Assembly (NCBI GenBank): GCA_002633005.1
Contig: NMRA01000093.1
Location: 109,762-173,761 of the forward strand
Length of the DNA stretch: 64,000 nt
Reading direction: 5' to 3'
Source: Phoronis australis
Taxonomy: Eukaryota > Animalia > Phoronida
The notes under the pieces: generated by a model
What the model saw: the letters and a program-made list of their open reading frames with translations, nothing else
Database searches by the model: none
Told to the model about the DNA's origin: nothing
Program-made: the position numbers and the translations under genes
In this document: in pieces, positions 51,901-64,000 of the stretch
Layout: the number at the start of each line of letters is the position of its first letter
How positions within the stretch are numbered: the first letter of the stretch is position 1

Positions 51901-54900
51901 CAATGTTTTGAATAATGGGGCATAGCTCTGTTTGCTCATCATGATGGGTTATGACATCATTCCAGTTACTCCAATAGTAAATAGTGTATGCACCAAGCAC
52001 CTATGACTGGGAAATCCGCTTGCGCTCAATTGTTATTACAGAGAATTATGGGACATTTAGCATGAATGTAACAGAATGCCACCAATTAGGTCAAAATGCT
52101 TCTGAAGTTTAGACAAATCGTAAAACAGAAATATATTGAATAAAAACTATGAGACGAACAATTTACTTCATCAACTAGATTTCCCAGTCATAAAACAAGC
52201 TACAAGCTATTAATGAAATTTGGAGGTAGATTGCAATGAACCAAGAAGCTAAGAAATTTGGCAGCAGATGACAGTACCTGTGTCAGTGACTGACTCATCA
52301 TCACCATCGCAGGTGTAACGACCAGGTGGCGGTAATCGGACGTGGGGAACAGCAGCGAGATTAGCTTGAGGTACAGCAACTGTCAAGTGAAAAATATTTG
52401 AGAAGCATGACACAGTAAATTGACATCTAGTAGATGTGTCAATTTTGAACAAAGGCACGAATTTTTGGGAAAATTAAGTTTACAAGTAGACAGGAATGTT
52501 TCTGTTTTTGATGAAAGCAATGTCTGAGCAGGCCAGAGTACATTTAACAAGAGGAACGTGGTGCGTTGTTACAGACCCACCATGTGCCTCGCATACAACG
52601 CAGATACAACATAATTCTAAACATTCCCACAAAACGGAACAATGATAGCCTCTATGGGGTAAATAGCAAGTCATAGATGCACTCCTCAACAAGAACACAA
52701 CTGCCACCTACTATCATGATCACTCAAGAAATTTGGAGGATGGCAGCACTGACGGCAAAGGACAAAAAACAATAGAAAGGCCACTAAGTGCGCAATGTAG
52801 GTCAAATTCATATGAAATAGGGCCGACGCCATTGTCTACCAGATAGCGAACATCAAGGATCTTGGTAGATATCAAAGCTAAGCTGACACAGAATTGTCCT
52901 AAACTATGCCACAGTACTCTCCTCCAAATAAATAAGAGTCCAATTTCATGAAGATCCACCAAATAAACTTGCATTGATCTGCAGGGAAAAAAACTGCCAC
53001 AAGAGGGCGTCACAGCAGTCTAACCATTTAACAATCATTGCCATCTGTGTACTTCCCAGTAGGAATGCATATAAATTTCCATAGAGTGATTTAAATGATA
53101 GAGAGGTAGATACTAAAAAACCAGATGAATATAAAAATGGCCATCACGTTGAATCTATCCAGGTGCTATAATTGTCTCATTAAAGAAACCTGTTTGCCAA
53201 CTTAAATGAAAATCACTCCAGTAACTTCAAAACAGCGGAAGAAAATGGGACAAAGTAAAGTTCTCAATAGAAGGCACAATGGTAATCAGATCAACTGAAG
53301 ATATGAAACATTTGCAATATCAAACAGTCTTTCCTCATGACTTATCTTAATACCACTATAAACCATGCTCTGACATTAAAACATCAATTTCCATCCAAAC
53401 CAACATCACAAAGTTCTTATCCTTTGTTTTAATTGAAATTCTTAAGGCTCTTGTCAGTAAATCCCCAGGAATTCTGCTTCAGTGACTGGAACTAACCAGG
53501 AAAATTCATGAGCCTGATCTGAAATAATCATGACTTGTCAGTACTTCTCAAGCCTAAGTGGCCTTGAACAAAATATCGTCTTTATCAGATGGCGTGAGTT
53601 TATCATCCCTTTAACCATAACAACACTGAGGCAAATTTTACCAGACACTGTCCACAACCACACAATATTAAGAAACAATTATCCTACAACTTAAACTCAC
53701 CGTGTCAATCTGTGGAAACAGTCCCCGCCCACTTTTGGCCTGAGCAAATTCTGTAAACTCTTCTTGTATACTTTGTAGTATGGTGACAAGAGTCTTGGCA
53801 GAGGTCATAGGGAAGGACTGGGTTAGCTCGTATAGATGGACAACCAGTCGATCAAGGGCAGACAACTCGGGGGGATCGCACAGGGCCAGCTCACCAAAAT
53901 AGCGGAGCAGCATCTCACAGTAGGACTGGAAGGAGAGCAAGGGTTCAGAACACGAAGAAAATAAACCTTTTTACAAACAACAATGAAACTGTGTGCATAA
54001 GGAATTTTCAAGAAGTTGGTAATGCGTTGAAATAAACAATGAGAGATAATTCTCAAATAAACAAGAGCAACACTGCGGTGTTGACATGCGAGCATGGTGC
54101 ATCACAAACAGTACGTCTCTAGGGGCCACAAGGAGGTGCTGCAGTAGTCAAATCCACCCAAAAATCACATGGTGCTGGCGAATTGTCATCATATAACTCT
54201 GTGTCAAGTTCCATCAAAATCCATCAAATGGTTCTCTAGATTCACCCAGAAACGCTCTTGCCTCAAACAGCAATTGAAAAGCCCCTCATCAAAAACAAAA
54301 CCCGACACTGAGACGAGGCGCAATGGCTGAAGGAAGCCAACAACGTTATTGTGCCAGCGCATTAATATCACATTTCTCTGTGTCAAGTTTCATTGAAATA
54401 TGTCCATCTATTCTCTAGATATGATCTAGAAATGCTCTTCCCCAAAAATAATCAATAAGTAATGCCCCTCACCCCAGGGGAGAAGCAGATTGAAAAGGGG
54501 CACAAACTATTTCAATGATGTCCTTCAACCTTGCGCCAAATTTCATCAAAATCCGACTATAAGTTTTCGAGATCAGACACCTGGACAACCGGATGAAGAG
54601 ACAACAATAGGCAGCCACATATACATGTCTGGTGTATAAAACTTATGCATTTGCCTGTCGTGTAGTTGATTTCAGTTTAAGGGTTGAAAAAGGAATAAAG
54701 AGACTGACAATGAACTTGGTGTCATGCCTTGCAGTACTATGCAATTTCATGCTTTCTTTACTACCTGGGCCCATGACCACTAAATGTTACTAAAAAATAG
54801 CCAGATATAACCTGTGAATTAGAAAATAAGTGGACTCTAATCACGGCATGTGGTAACCATTTTTTGATTCAAGATGGTGGTCACCATCAGGTTTGACTGA

Positions 54901-57900
54901 CAATATTTTCAAGTGGCTAGGGCACTCTCAGAATGTAACAGCCTTATTGTCTATACATAATGCATCAGACTATCAAACCTTCTCTACCTGCAGTTTCTCC
55001 TTGTTACCCTCAGCCAGACTGGCATGGTTACACTTCCTGGTCCGGTCAATGATGGTTATTTTATTGTCCTCTGTGTGACCCTCCATCAACTGCACCAGCT
55101 CATCATATGACTTGGGCACTGCAATGCAGTTTTACAATAATTGGAAAGGTTCAATCACTGACACATCGACAAAAGCTGATCCCAATGCTAATATAAAAAT
55201 GACAACTACTATGCAAATCTTATTCCCATTCACAATATTATTTTAATAATTTTTTCTTCATTCCAAGCTCAAACTGTCCTGCATTGCAAACTTATACTAA
55301 GGAGACCCAATACAGCATGGTGTAGTGAGATATCAACCCATGGTCATCTGAAAGATGCTCACACTACAAGCACACGACTCGTGAGTTATAAAACAACACA
55401 GAGAACACTACAGGTGGCTAGTAATTACAGTACACAATTAAAGTCAGATTATAATGTCAAACTTTGACAAGAATGACTGGATCAACTTCGTATTAGTCAA
55501 TGAGTAGGACACATGTCACATCAAATATCGTAATTAATTTTACCAATAATCCGTGGTACTGACTCAGACTCTTCGATATCACAACGCCACGTTTAGCAGG
55601 CAATATTACTGTGATATAGCACTGAACTGGCCAAGATGGGGCAAGAGACTAAAAGGTAAAGACAGTAATGACCAACACCGTAGAGGTTGCCAAGTACATG
55701 AAAAAAAAATATTGACTGAGCGACATTGTCAGCCTTATACAAGTAAGTGAGAACACGGAACGACAGACATTTGGAGCTTTGACTAGATGCTGCCTAATGT
55801 CTGGATAATGAATATGAGAGCTTTCTCACCATCAAATGTATACGGCAATTCTTTCCTTGCCTTTTCCATCATGTCTTTTCTTTCCTAAAAATGCACAAGT
55901 TCACGACATAAACAGAGCCCAGAATTTGTGTAACAGGAACTAATGAGTTACAAGATAATTTTAGTTTTGAATAAACAATATTCAGATTTGTAGACTGCCA
56001 TACTATTATTTATACACCCAATACAATTCATATAAAAAATATGGAGCTGATCATTTGGAGACTAGCTGCACGGGATTGATATGAGCAGCTCCACCGGCCG
56101 GCTAGCCACAAAAAACATTATTTGTTCTTTATTTTTCACCAGGTTCTTTGTAATTTATCTCATGATTTTTGACATAAAATTCAACGGAATGAAAAAAATC
56201 TTTAAAAGAAACGGTCAACTTCATTTTTTAAAGCTACTAAAAGGTACTTATTATAATTAGATTGAAGAATTCTTGTCTACAAAACCAAATAGGAACTATT
56301 AATTCCTTTCATTACTTGTCTTAATATCACTGGCATAAGACATTCGAAGGCAAAAAAGGTCGACAGACTCAGCCATTTTGCCACACAACACATTTTAAGG
56401 AACATAAACACAGATGCTTTCAAGTGTTACACAAAGACAAAACAGACAAGACATCAATTAAAATCAAGTCCACCTGCTCTTGTGTAACTGACCGAAGCTA
56501 AAAATATCTTAAGTGCACCCTGCCAGACATAATTTTTTAAATGTTATCCAAAACATCATTTTGCCAAAAAAAAACGAGTGCACCTCAACAATGAAAAGTA
56601 GATATAAACAGGCATAACTAACCACCTCAGAAGAATGAAAACAGTGTGAGGAAAAGTAAATAAAATTTTTTTTAAGGACATGTTTTAGTATATTACGCAT
56701 TCAAACTAAGTTAACTTCACGGTTGCTTTTTCCAATGATTTTCCAGCTTAAAATGACATGGCACAAAGACAATGATTGCTGGCACAGAGGCAGCACACAG
56801 GATACAATAAGGCACAGAGGCAGCTCGCATGACACTATAAGGCACAGAGGCAACACGCACGACACAACAAGGCACAGAGGCAGCACGCACGACACAATAA
56901 GGCACAGAGGCAGCACGCACAACACAATTGGGCACAGAGGCAGCTCGCATGACACAAATGGGCACAGAGGCAGCACACACAACACAATAAGGCACAGAGG
57001 CAGCACGCACGACACAATAAGGCACAGAGGCAGCACACACGACACAAGAAAGCACAGAGGCAGCACATGACACAATAAAACAATGCAATGCAATGCACGG
57101 CATGTCCATAAATCATTAGTTATTCCCCGACAGTCAGTTGCCCCAGTGTATGTTCACCCATGGGAAGACTCCACCCATCAGATAAGCGTTCACATGACAA
57201 ACCTGGTACAAGAATCCAGGAAGACACGATCAGAAGAAACTTTTTCTGCACACGTGCCATGGACTTAGTGCCTATGTGAACTTATCTGTTCCAATGCACA
57301 GTTCATTGCTTCCACCTTCACATTGCACATTATGTGGAATAAACTATTGCACTGGTGTCAAGTGGAACCAGTTTAACTTCCCTCCAGGGGTCAATTTGCC
57401 CCGAGCAGGTTGTTCCCGACTCATCTTACACTGGGGAAATTTCCTTAAGACAAAGCTCATGGCCTAAAAAAACTACCAAATACAGACACAGCTCAAGTCT
57501 ATCCGTGACCCAAAAAAACTTTGTCTTGCTTTACGGAAACAGCTCAAGTCTACCCACGGCCCAAACAAAACTCCCTATATAGATACACAGCTCAAGTCTA
57601 CCCACGGCCCAAACAAAACTCCCTATACAGATACACAGCTCAAGTCTACCCACGGCCCAAACAAAACTCCCTATACAGATACACAGCTCAAGTCTACCCA
57701 CGGCCCAAACAAAACTCCCTATACAGATACACAGCTCAAGTCTACCCACGGCCCAAACAAAACTCCCTATACAGATACACAGCTCAAGTCTACCCACGGC
57801 CCAAACAAAACTCCCTATACAGATACACAGCTCAAGTCTACTAACAGCTGACACAAAACTCAGATATAGGTCAAGTCTAACCAAGGCCAAAACAAAACCA

Positions 57901-60900
57901 ATGAAGGATAACATCTGACCAGTTAATTATTTATCAGTCTTAAAGTAATTGCATACCTTGAGATCAATACTCGTAACCTCTTCTAGATCTGACTTAAATG
58001 TAACCGACTTCTTTTTACTGTCTTTCCCCTCTGAATGCATTCTACTATCATCTCCTGTTTCTTCCTCGCCATCTGATTCAAGATCTGAATGGCTGTCTTC
58101 TTCACCTGATTGGCTGGATTCACTGTTCTCAGCAGCATCTTCACTATCTGATTGGTCAACTGCAGTGCCTTCATCTGCATTCTCTGCCTTTGATCGGTCA
58201 TAATCGCCATCTTCTTCTAATTCACTATCACCTACAAGCACAACATCTGTAGAGCAAAAGAGAGGATTCGACATGAGAAAAAAGTTGTACTGACTGTACA
58301 AAAGTCAGGACAACTGGGTCTGTTCTTTCATCAACATCTCAGAGTTGACGGCATTTACATTGAAGACAACTCAGAGGCTTTCACAGAATGCAAACAAAAG
58401 ACAAACTTATTGAAGTGGAGCACATTCAAACTGGTGTCAATCTTTGTCTGCAGTATCAAGGTGATTTGGAGTATCTTGTGTTTGGACTGGGTACTAGTTC
58501 TTGGATATCTTGCACACATTTACCTTTTAAGTTTCTCACACTGATATGGTCAGTTACTGAGATCAGTGATCACAGCCTCAAGTTCACAGTACAACTGCCG
58601 AGCTAGATGCCACCGGGCACTGTTGGTTAGCATCCCTTTTGAAGTATGATTTTGGTATAATTATCTACAAACTTGGGCGTAATAATACTGACAAATATGC
58701 TTTATCTAAACTACCTGAGAGAAATTCAAATTTACAAGAGATGCCACTGGATTCTAGTCAGGCAGTCTGCAGTGGACAGATCCAGTGTACTCCTGCAATA
58801 GAGTGCATGTTTGACAGAGACAGTGGACCACGATGTGCGTTAGCAGTTCAGACTCCAGTTTTGCTATGTAATGACTTTGTCCTTTAGATGTGCATGACGA
58901 TAATTGCTGTTGTTTTGATGATCCGATCAATCAGTTATTACAGGTCATGGATATTTAATTGGACATTTGACTTAGTTGCAAGTTATGCTGCTTGACTTGT
59001 GTATCAAGTGTTTAGAAGTATTCAGAAGTATTCTGCAGGTTAGTTTCTCCGTTTGTAATTGCTAGTCTTGTGAGTGTAGGTTCTGCAACAGTAATTGTAT
59101 TGTTGTAATAGCATTGATGTGCAGTGTAATTTGATAAATTTACTATTTTGCTAATCATTAGTTATTTAGTGAAGCATGTTTACACTTGGGCATTTATTTG
59201 TGCATTGAATGTAAATTATGTGTTGCTAGCTCTGTATCAACTTGATGTAAATGTTTGTTGTTAACAGATAAGTTTTTACAGAGCTAGAGCAGTGATGCTC
59301 TCAGTTGCACTGACATGATAAGTTTGATTGTAATTACATTTACTTGACAATTGCATGTGAGCTTTGTTGATGTTGTCTAATTTGTGTAAAATGGCACTAA
59401 AACATGTGGATAAATTGCAAGAGGATGCTGGAAACTCTCTCATTCTGCTTATGGTATGTATGACAAAAGGTTATTTTGATAGTAAACACTGCATAGCTCA
59501 CTTACTGTTGTCATCTCCCATCTTCTTCTTCTCATCACTGGCGGCAACTAATTTTCCATCTTTGTATTGAACCTCGAAGGATTTTTTCTTGTCTCCATCC
59601 AATACAAAACTATAAATTAAAATCAAAATATGATGCGCAAAAACCAGGAATTATTCTTTGAAACTGAACACTGAACACTCATCCAAAAGCCAAGATCCAG
59701 TTTTCTCTGTCTTTCACATAATGCCTTGTATAAATATCAAAAATGATACTCAGCCAATCCCGCAACCTGAGATCTATCCCAATGCCTAACATGAACAGTA
59801 GATTCATTATTGGATTAAAGAATGGGAATTTTTGACGTCTACCCTTGCTCAGTACTCCCAACACTACACAGTTGGTTGCCCTCCTGTAAGCTGATATGAT
59901 GACCATTTTCTTGCTGTTAACTCATTGGATTGATGTTGGAAGGTTCATGTGACCAAGACATAAGACAGTCTCTATTAATTGGTCTACTAAAACAAGAGAC
60001 TAGAATATAATCTGTTTTAAGGAACGTAGGTGGAGGAAGCGTTTTTGAAACATTTTACTAAAACTTTACAGAACCACGACAGTTGTTTCCTAAGGTGTAG
60101 ATACGAAAATAATAAAAAAATCAGTAATCTGTCAACTCCACCAGTAGTTTATTAGAGATGAAGCTATGAAATGGGTCGCTCTGTCATCATCATTGACCTC
60201 TTCACAGATTGGTGGGGGCATCTCATTACAAAGGATTATGCGACGTCGGTCACTCAAAGCAGAATGAAAACAGCCAATGAAAACAGAGAACGTGTGCATA
60301 CAGTGACACCGGTTGGCAATTGCTGAATATAAGCAGCACGAAATTATAATTCACCAGTGGAATCGTCTACTATTGCTGAATCCAAGCAGAAATTCCAGAT
60401 GCATTTTCCTACGAGAATATGATTCGGGTAGGACAATTGGTGTACATTGGAGAAAAAAACTGCTACTATCAATCAACTTGTTGCTATTGTGTCAGGATAA
60501 GCAGATTTTGAATTTGCAAGAATTAAGCAGAACATATGCAGAAAGAGAACAAATCAGGGTTACCATCATTAACGAGAAACATAAGCTATTGATGAAAAAG
60601 TCTTTAAACAAGAATGATTTGCTGAACCCTATTTCTAGTCCTCAGAGGTCAGACTTAGCAAAACTCAGATTTTGTCCCTAGTAGTGGAGACTGGGCAGCT
60701 TCAAGGAGCTCCAATATGTGGAAGAATTTGTAAACCGTTCAAATGGTCAAGTCGAGGACTTGTTTTAAAATGTGGAAGTTGTTTTCTGACTTAAGGTCGA
60801 AGTTCAACGAAATGTCCCAATCACTCATGTTTGATAATCATAATAATAATTTAAGAATATTTGAAATTTCACCCACAAGCATACATACACGCACGCACGC

Positions 60901-63900
60901 ACGCACAAACGTAGTACATAATTACATTTCCAGCACACAGGTGGCCTGGATGACAGATATACATAGTGTAATAACATGAATGTACCAGGGAAGAAATGGT
61001 GTGTTGAACCATTCTACATTGATTAAATGAAACCAACGAAAAGCAGCAAAGCGGATAAAACAAAATAACTGTTATTATTATTATTTATACTGGTTTCATG
61101 ATGGAGTCTAAGGGTTAGTAATAACTAGCTTATTCACAGTCACGTTGAATGCCCTACTTTTCGGATAAATCATCAGCAGAAAAATGGACTCGTTTCTTCG
61201 CTATCTGTTCACGTTCTGTTATTCCCTTCATGCGGCGAAGACGATCCTCCTACAAAAGCAGACAGTATTCAACGTGAAATTGAAAAACATCTTACAACAT
61301 AATATTTCCTTACACACAACAAATTGAATTGATAGATCCTCACAGGTATTCATTAATTTCTCAAGATGGCTGCTGCGATGAGATAAAACAGTCGCGGTAA
61401 CAATTCAACAAGTAGAAAAATAACACCTTAAATTATGATTATATATTCCAATGTGACAAACTTATTCCTGACATCTTATAACATTTTATTTTGATCAATA
61501 AATACCTCGTAACATTTTATATATCTGCTACAAAACTAGAGGACACCCAATCCAAACTAAACAACTTGATCCTGGGAAAAGGAGAAGTGTGAATTGTCAT
61601 CACAACACCATAAAAGTTTGCCTGAGTGTCTGGATGGATTAAACAACACTTAAAATGTAAAATGGAGTCAAACCATCCAGGGGATACTTTATGAAACACA
61701 CACACAACTTCGTCAAGCTGAAAATTGCCAATAAAAGGTGTACAAAACTTCCATGGACCTTTCTTCAACAGTTAGAGAATTTTGAGATGTTTTACGCCAT
61801 CTGTTGTCTACAAAATGTAGTGTACATTCTCTGATTCCATTGGTTGGCTACACTTTGTTTGGCTGACAAGTGTCCCACACTTCAATGCAGATATCCCACA
61901 ATTCCCTCACAACAAAAAGGTCAGTTCATTCACACCTCAAGTTTCTCAAGGCGTTCTTTCTCCTCCATAGCTAGTTCCTCTTCTGTCTTTAATCGATCTG
62001 TTGCTTGACCTCTGGCCTCAAACCTAAGCTGAGTCACTGCCGTGTCGTAGTCGTCTGCTTTGTTGTCTGCTTTGTTGTCTGCTGAACTGTTCCTTGTTTT
62101 CTAGTTGGTACATGTAATAATTATCATGGTGGAACAATAAGATGTAACTATTGAGAACCCACCTTCAACAAAAATGCATTTATTTCTTAGAGCTTGCTCC
62201 CCAATTACTTACTACCCCACCTAAAATCACATCTGAAACATTTCTTGTCATTTTAATAAATCTTGCTCTTCATAAAACCAATTGAATCTGCACAATGCTA
62301 TATCTATGACAAATAAGCATAAATAATTGTGACTATAGAACATTTAAATTATGTGTAAAATAATCTTGAAGACTTGACAAATAAAAATAATGATTCAAAT
62401 ATTTTTGTCACCTTAGACACTAGCATGAGACTTCTGATGTCTTTCAGTTCAGCGTCTAGTTTGTTAGTCAAGTTCAGATTTTCTTCTTTCTCCATTTGGC
62501 GTTCAAACTGAAAGAGAAATGAGCATAAGATGTGAAGAACAATGTTTGTCAATAACTTTGTGTGAGCAGAGTGCCTTCCCTTTCTAAAATTCAATATCAT
62601 ACAAAGATTAAAGAGACCAATATTCAATACTCCCTTCCTGGGGTCAAGAGAACCTTTGAAGTCAAGTTACACTACTTTGCATTTTGGATAACCAAGGGCA
62701 CAGAATGCATAACACATTACTAAAAGATTAACAACAGGAAGCTAATACCAATGATAACACTGGTGTTGAACCTGCAGCTTAACCGCACAACATAAACTGT
62801 GTTATGGAAAAGTCAGGCAATAATCCAACAACAAATGCTTGTTTAACTCCAAATAAGAAATGTATTTTGTGTAACACAGTAGTCCACAGCTGTATTAAAA
62901 GTGGTCTACTTTCTTACTTCATGCCACTGGCACAGTGGAAACCTCCATTCTTGAAAGATCTGCAGATTTTCCACGTAAGGAGCCATAATATTATTGGTCT
63001 TACTGTAAGATGGCAATTGTGCCCTAGTTCCACTACACAGTGTGGAACTTGTAAAATGGTCTACTTTGTTACCACTCCCACCATTAAACTCAAACCATTT
63101 GTGAAAAATAACCAAGCACAAAATATTAGTGAATGGCCATAGATATTAAGTACAACTAAATTGTATCGGTTTAATACAGCATTTGATAGCTATTGCATGA
63201 AAATATACTAGTCAGATCCACCATTCAACCATGCACATACAATACATGATAAAAATAGGACAACATGACCTAGAATAACCATTTTCCATTAAACCGTCAA
63301 CATGGTTAAATACTATGTTGTCGGACAGTGACAACGTACTAGTTAGTTGACAGGAGCTCTACAGCCTTATTTGGATTAAATGCTGAGGGATATTTCATAT
63401 TTCAGTTTTTTTATAAATTCTGTGCAAGCACCATACAATCAAATTTACACTGTTATGCAGTGGGATACTCATTGACAAAAGATTCAAACAAAATTCCAGG
63501 GTTTCAAACTGTTCGTGAATCAAAGAAACTGTGTTTCGCCCCGTCAACTTGGTCTATCTCACGCCTCCGAAATAGAATTTGTAAAGCAAAAGACACTGAT
63601 CCACTTTCACGCTGCTGAAGAGTTATACTTAGAAGGATTACTATTCCCTGTCATAATAACTAAGCGCAAGCAAAAAAGTCAGTCAAAAATGCTTGAACGT
63701 TGGGGCAAACTGGATTTTAGCCTGCGCAGTAACACACAACAAAACAGACAGTAAATAGCATGCCTGGCTTTATTCTGAAGAAGAGTTTTACAACCTTCCT
63801 TGCAAACTTCACCCAGGCCTATTTTCGTATTCACTATTATTAAAGATGAGTACCCCCCCTCCCCACCCCCCCGGTAACCTTCAGCCTTTCTCGTATTCAA

Positions 63901-64000
63901 TATATTTTGAAGATGAGTAACTCCTTAATGTATCTCACCCTGGCCTTTCTGGTATTCGCTATCATCTCCTCCATTCGCTCTTTCCACGTCTTTGTGCTGG
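42922..64000 (-). CDS. NOP14: Nucleolar protein 14 (5' part outside the window). Exons: 63939->64000, 62412-62507, 61936-62100, 61158-61249, 59506-59609, 57957-58246 (alternative acceptor 58231), 55830-55884, 54988-55118, 53701-53925, 52278-52379, 51312-51374, 50380-50473, 49480-49642, 47505-47649, 46928-47049, 43471-43626, 42922-43018
   Basis: Seventeen GT-AG exons join in phase (~720 codons). Nop14 hallmarks: DRLKTEEELAMEEKERLEKLEEDRLRRM, acidic tract, ELPYTF, CNHASLAEGNKEKL, LFPTSDYRHLVVTP, KFAPEVVNFL, PLKLYEP, KKEMKGAIREIKRDNQFLAR, LSTQEGEFK. Confidence 0.95.
44128..46337. mobile_element. hAT-like non-autonomous element in a NOP14 intron
   Basis: TIR CAGGGCTCAACA(T/C)TA; TTTTG on both flanks; subterminal acttgccc/gggcaagt repeats. 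Confidence 0.75.
44330..45191 (-). mobile_element. Truncated inverted copy of the 39429-40412 MITE, nested in 44128-46337
   Basis: Colinear reverse-complement similarity to 39429-40275; ends in CCTAGATCTGCCACTG. Confidence 0.8.
49164..49290 (+). mobile_element. tRNA-derived SINE fragment
   Basis: A-box-like TGGTCTAGTG and B-box GGTTCGAGTCCC, followed by a non-tRNA core (acccttgagtcagac); no closing acceptor stem. Confidence 0.65.
52690..54640 (+). repeat. Decayed pieces of the CCACTAGGGGGC repeat family in NOP14 introns (52690-53290, 54120-54640)
   Basis: ctgccacaagagggcg ~52994, aaatttcatcaaaatcc ~54540, degenerate hairpin plus taaaa at ~54615-54640. Confidence 0.5.
56781..57078. repeat. 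30-bp minisatellite (10 copies), intronic
   Basis: GGCACAGAGGCAGCACGCACGACACAATAA-like units every 30 nt. Confidence 0.95.
57488..57900. repeat. 48-bp minisatellite (6 near-perfect copies plus degenerate flanks), intronic
   Basis: ACAGCTCAAGTCTACCCACGGCCCAAACAAAACTCCCTATACAGATAC at 57539, 57587, 57635, 57683, 57731 and 57779. Confidence 0.95.

Noticed and set aside
56701-57116. Cys-rich or His-rich ORFs
   Set aside because: Translation artefacts of a 30-bp minisatellite in a NOP14 intron
57488-57900. CRISPR-like array or repeat-protein ORF
   Set aside because: Units are contiguous with no unique spacers; the frames are open only because 48 is a multiple of 3; it is intronic

Overview
Eukaryotic (animal, most likely marine invertebrate) genomic DNA. 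It is AT-rich, has GT-AG introns and carries many transposons. Two spliced genes converge tail-to-tail. (1) On the + strand is a complete 6-coding-exon, 2084-aa iterative type I polyketide synthase (15660-33690), rebuilt by hand from in-phase splice sites. Its architecture is KS-AT-DH-psiKR-psiER-KR-ACP. The KS, AT, DH, KR and ACP catalytic residues are intact, the ER is degenerate, and there is no MT or TE, which predicts a polyene (pigment-like) synthase. (2) On the - strand are the last 17 exons of NOP14 (42922 to beyond 64000). The rest is repeats: an Academ-like element, a Kolobok-like element with a nested hAT-like MITE, other hAT-like MITEs, a TG..CA element with a 6-bp TSD, an L1/Tx1-like LINE fragment, a tRNA-derived SINE, mini/microsatellites, and Helentron/HINE-like elements whose ~150-bp tandem units each carry a CTCF-like motif. 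Coordinates were read by eye and family calls rest on motif recognition, not database searches.
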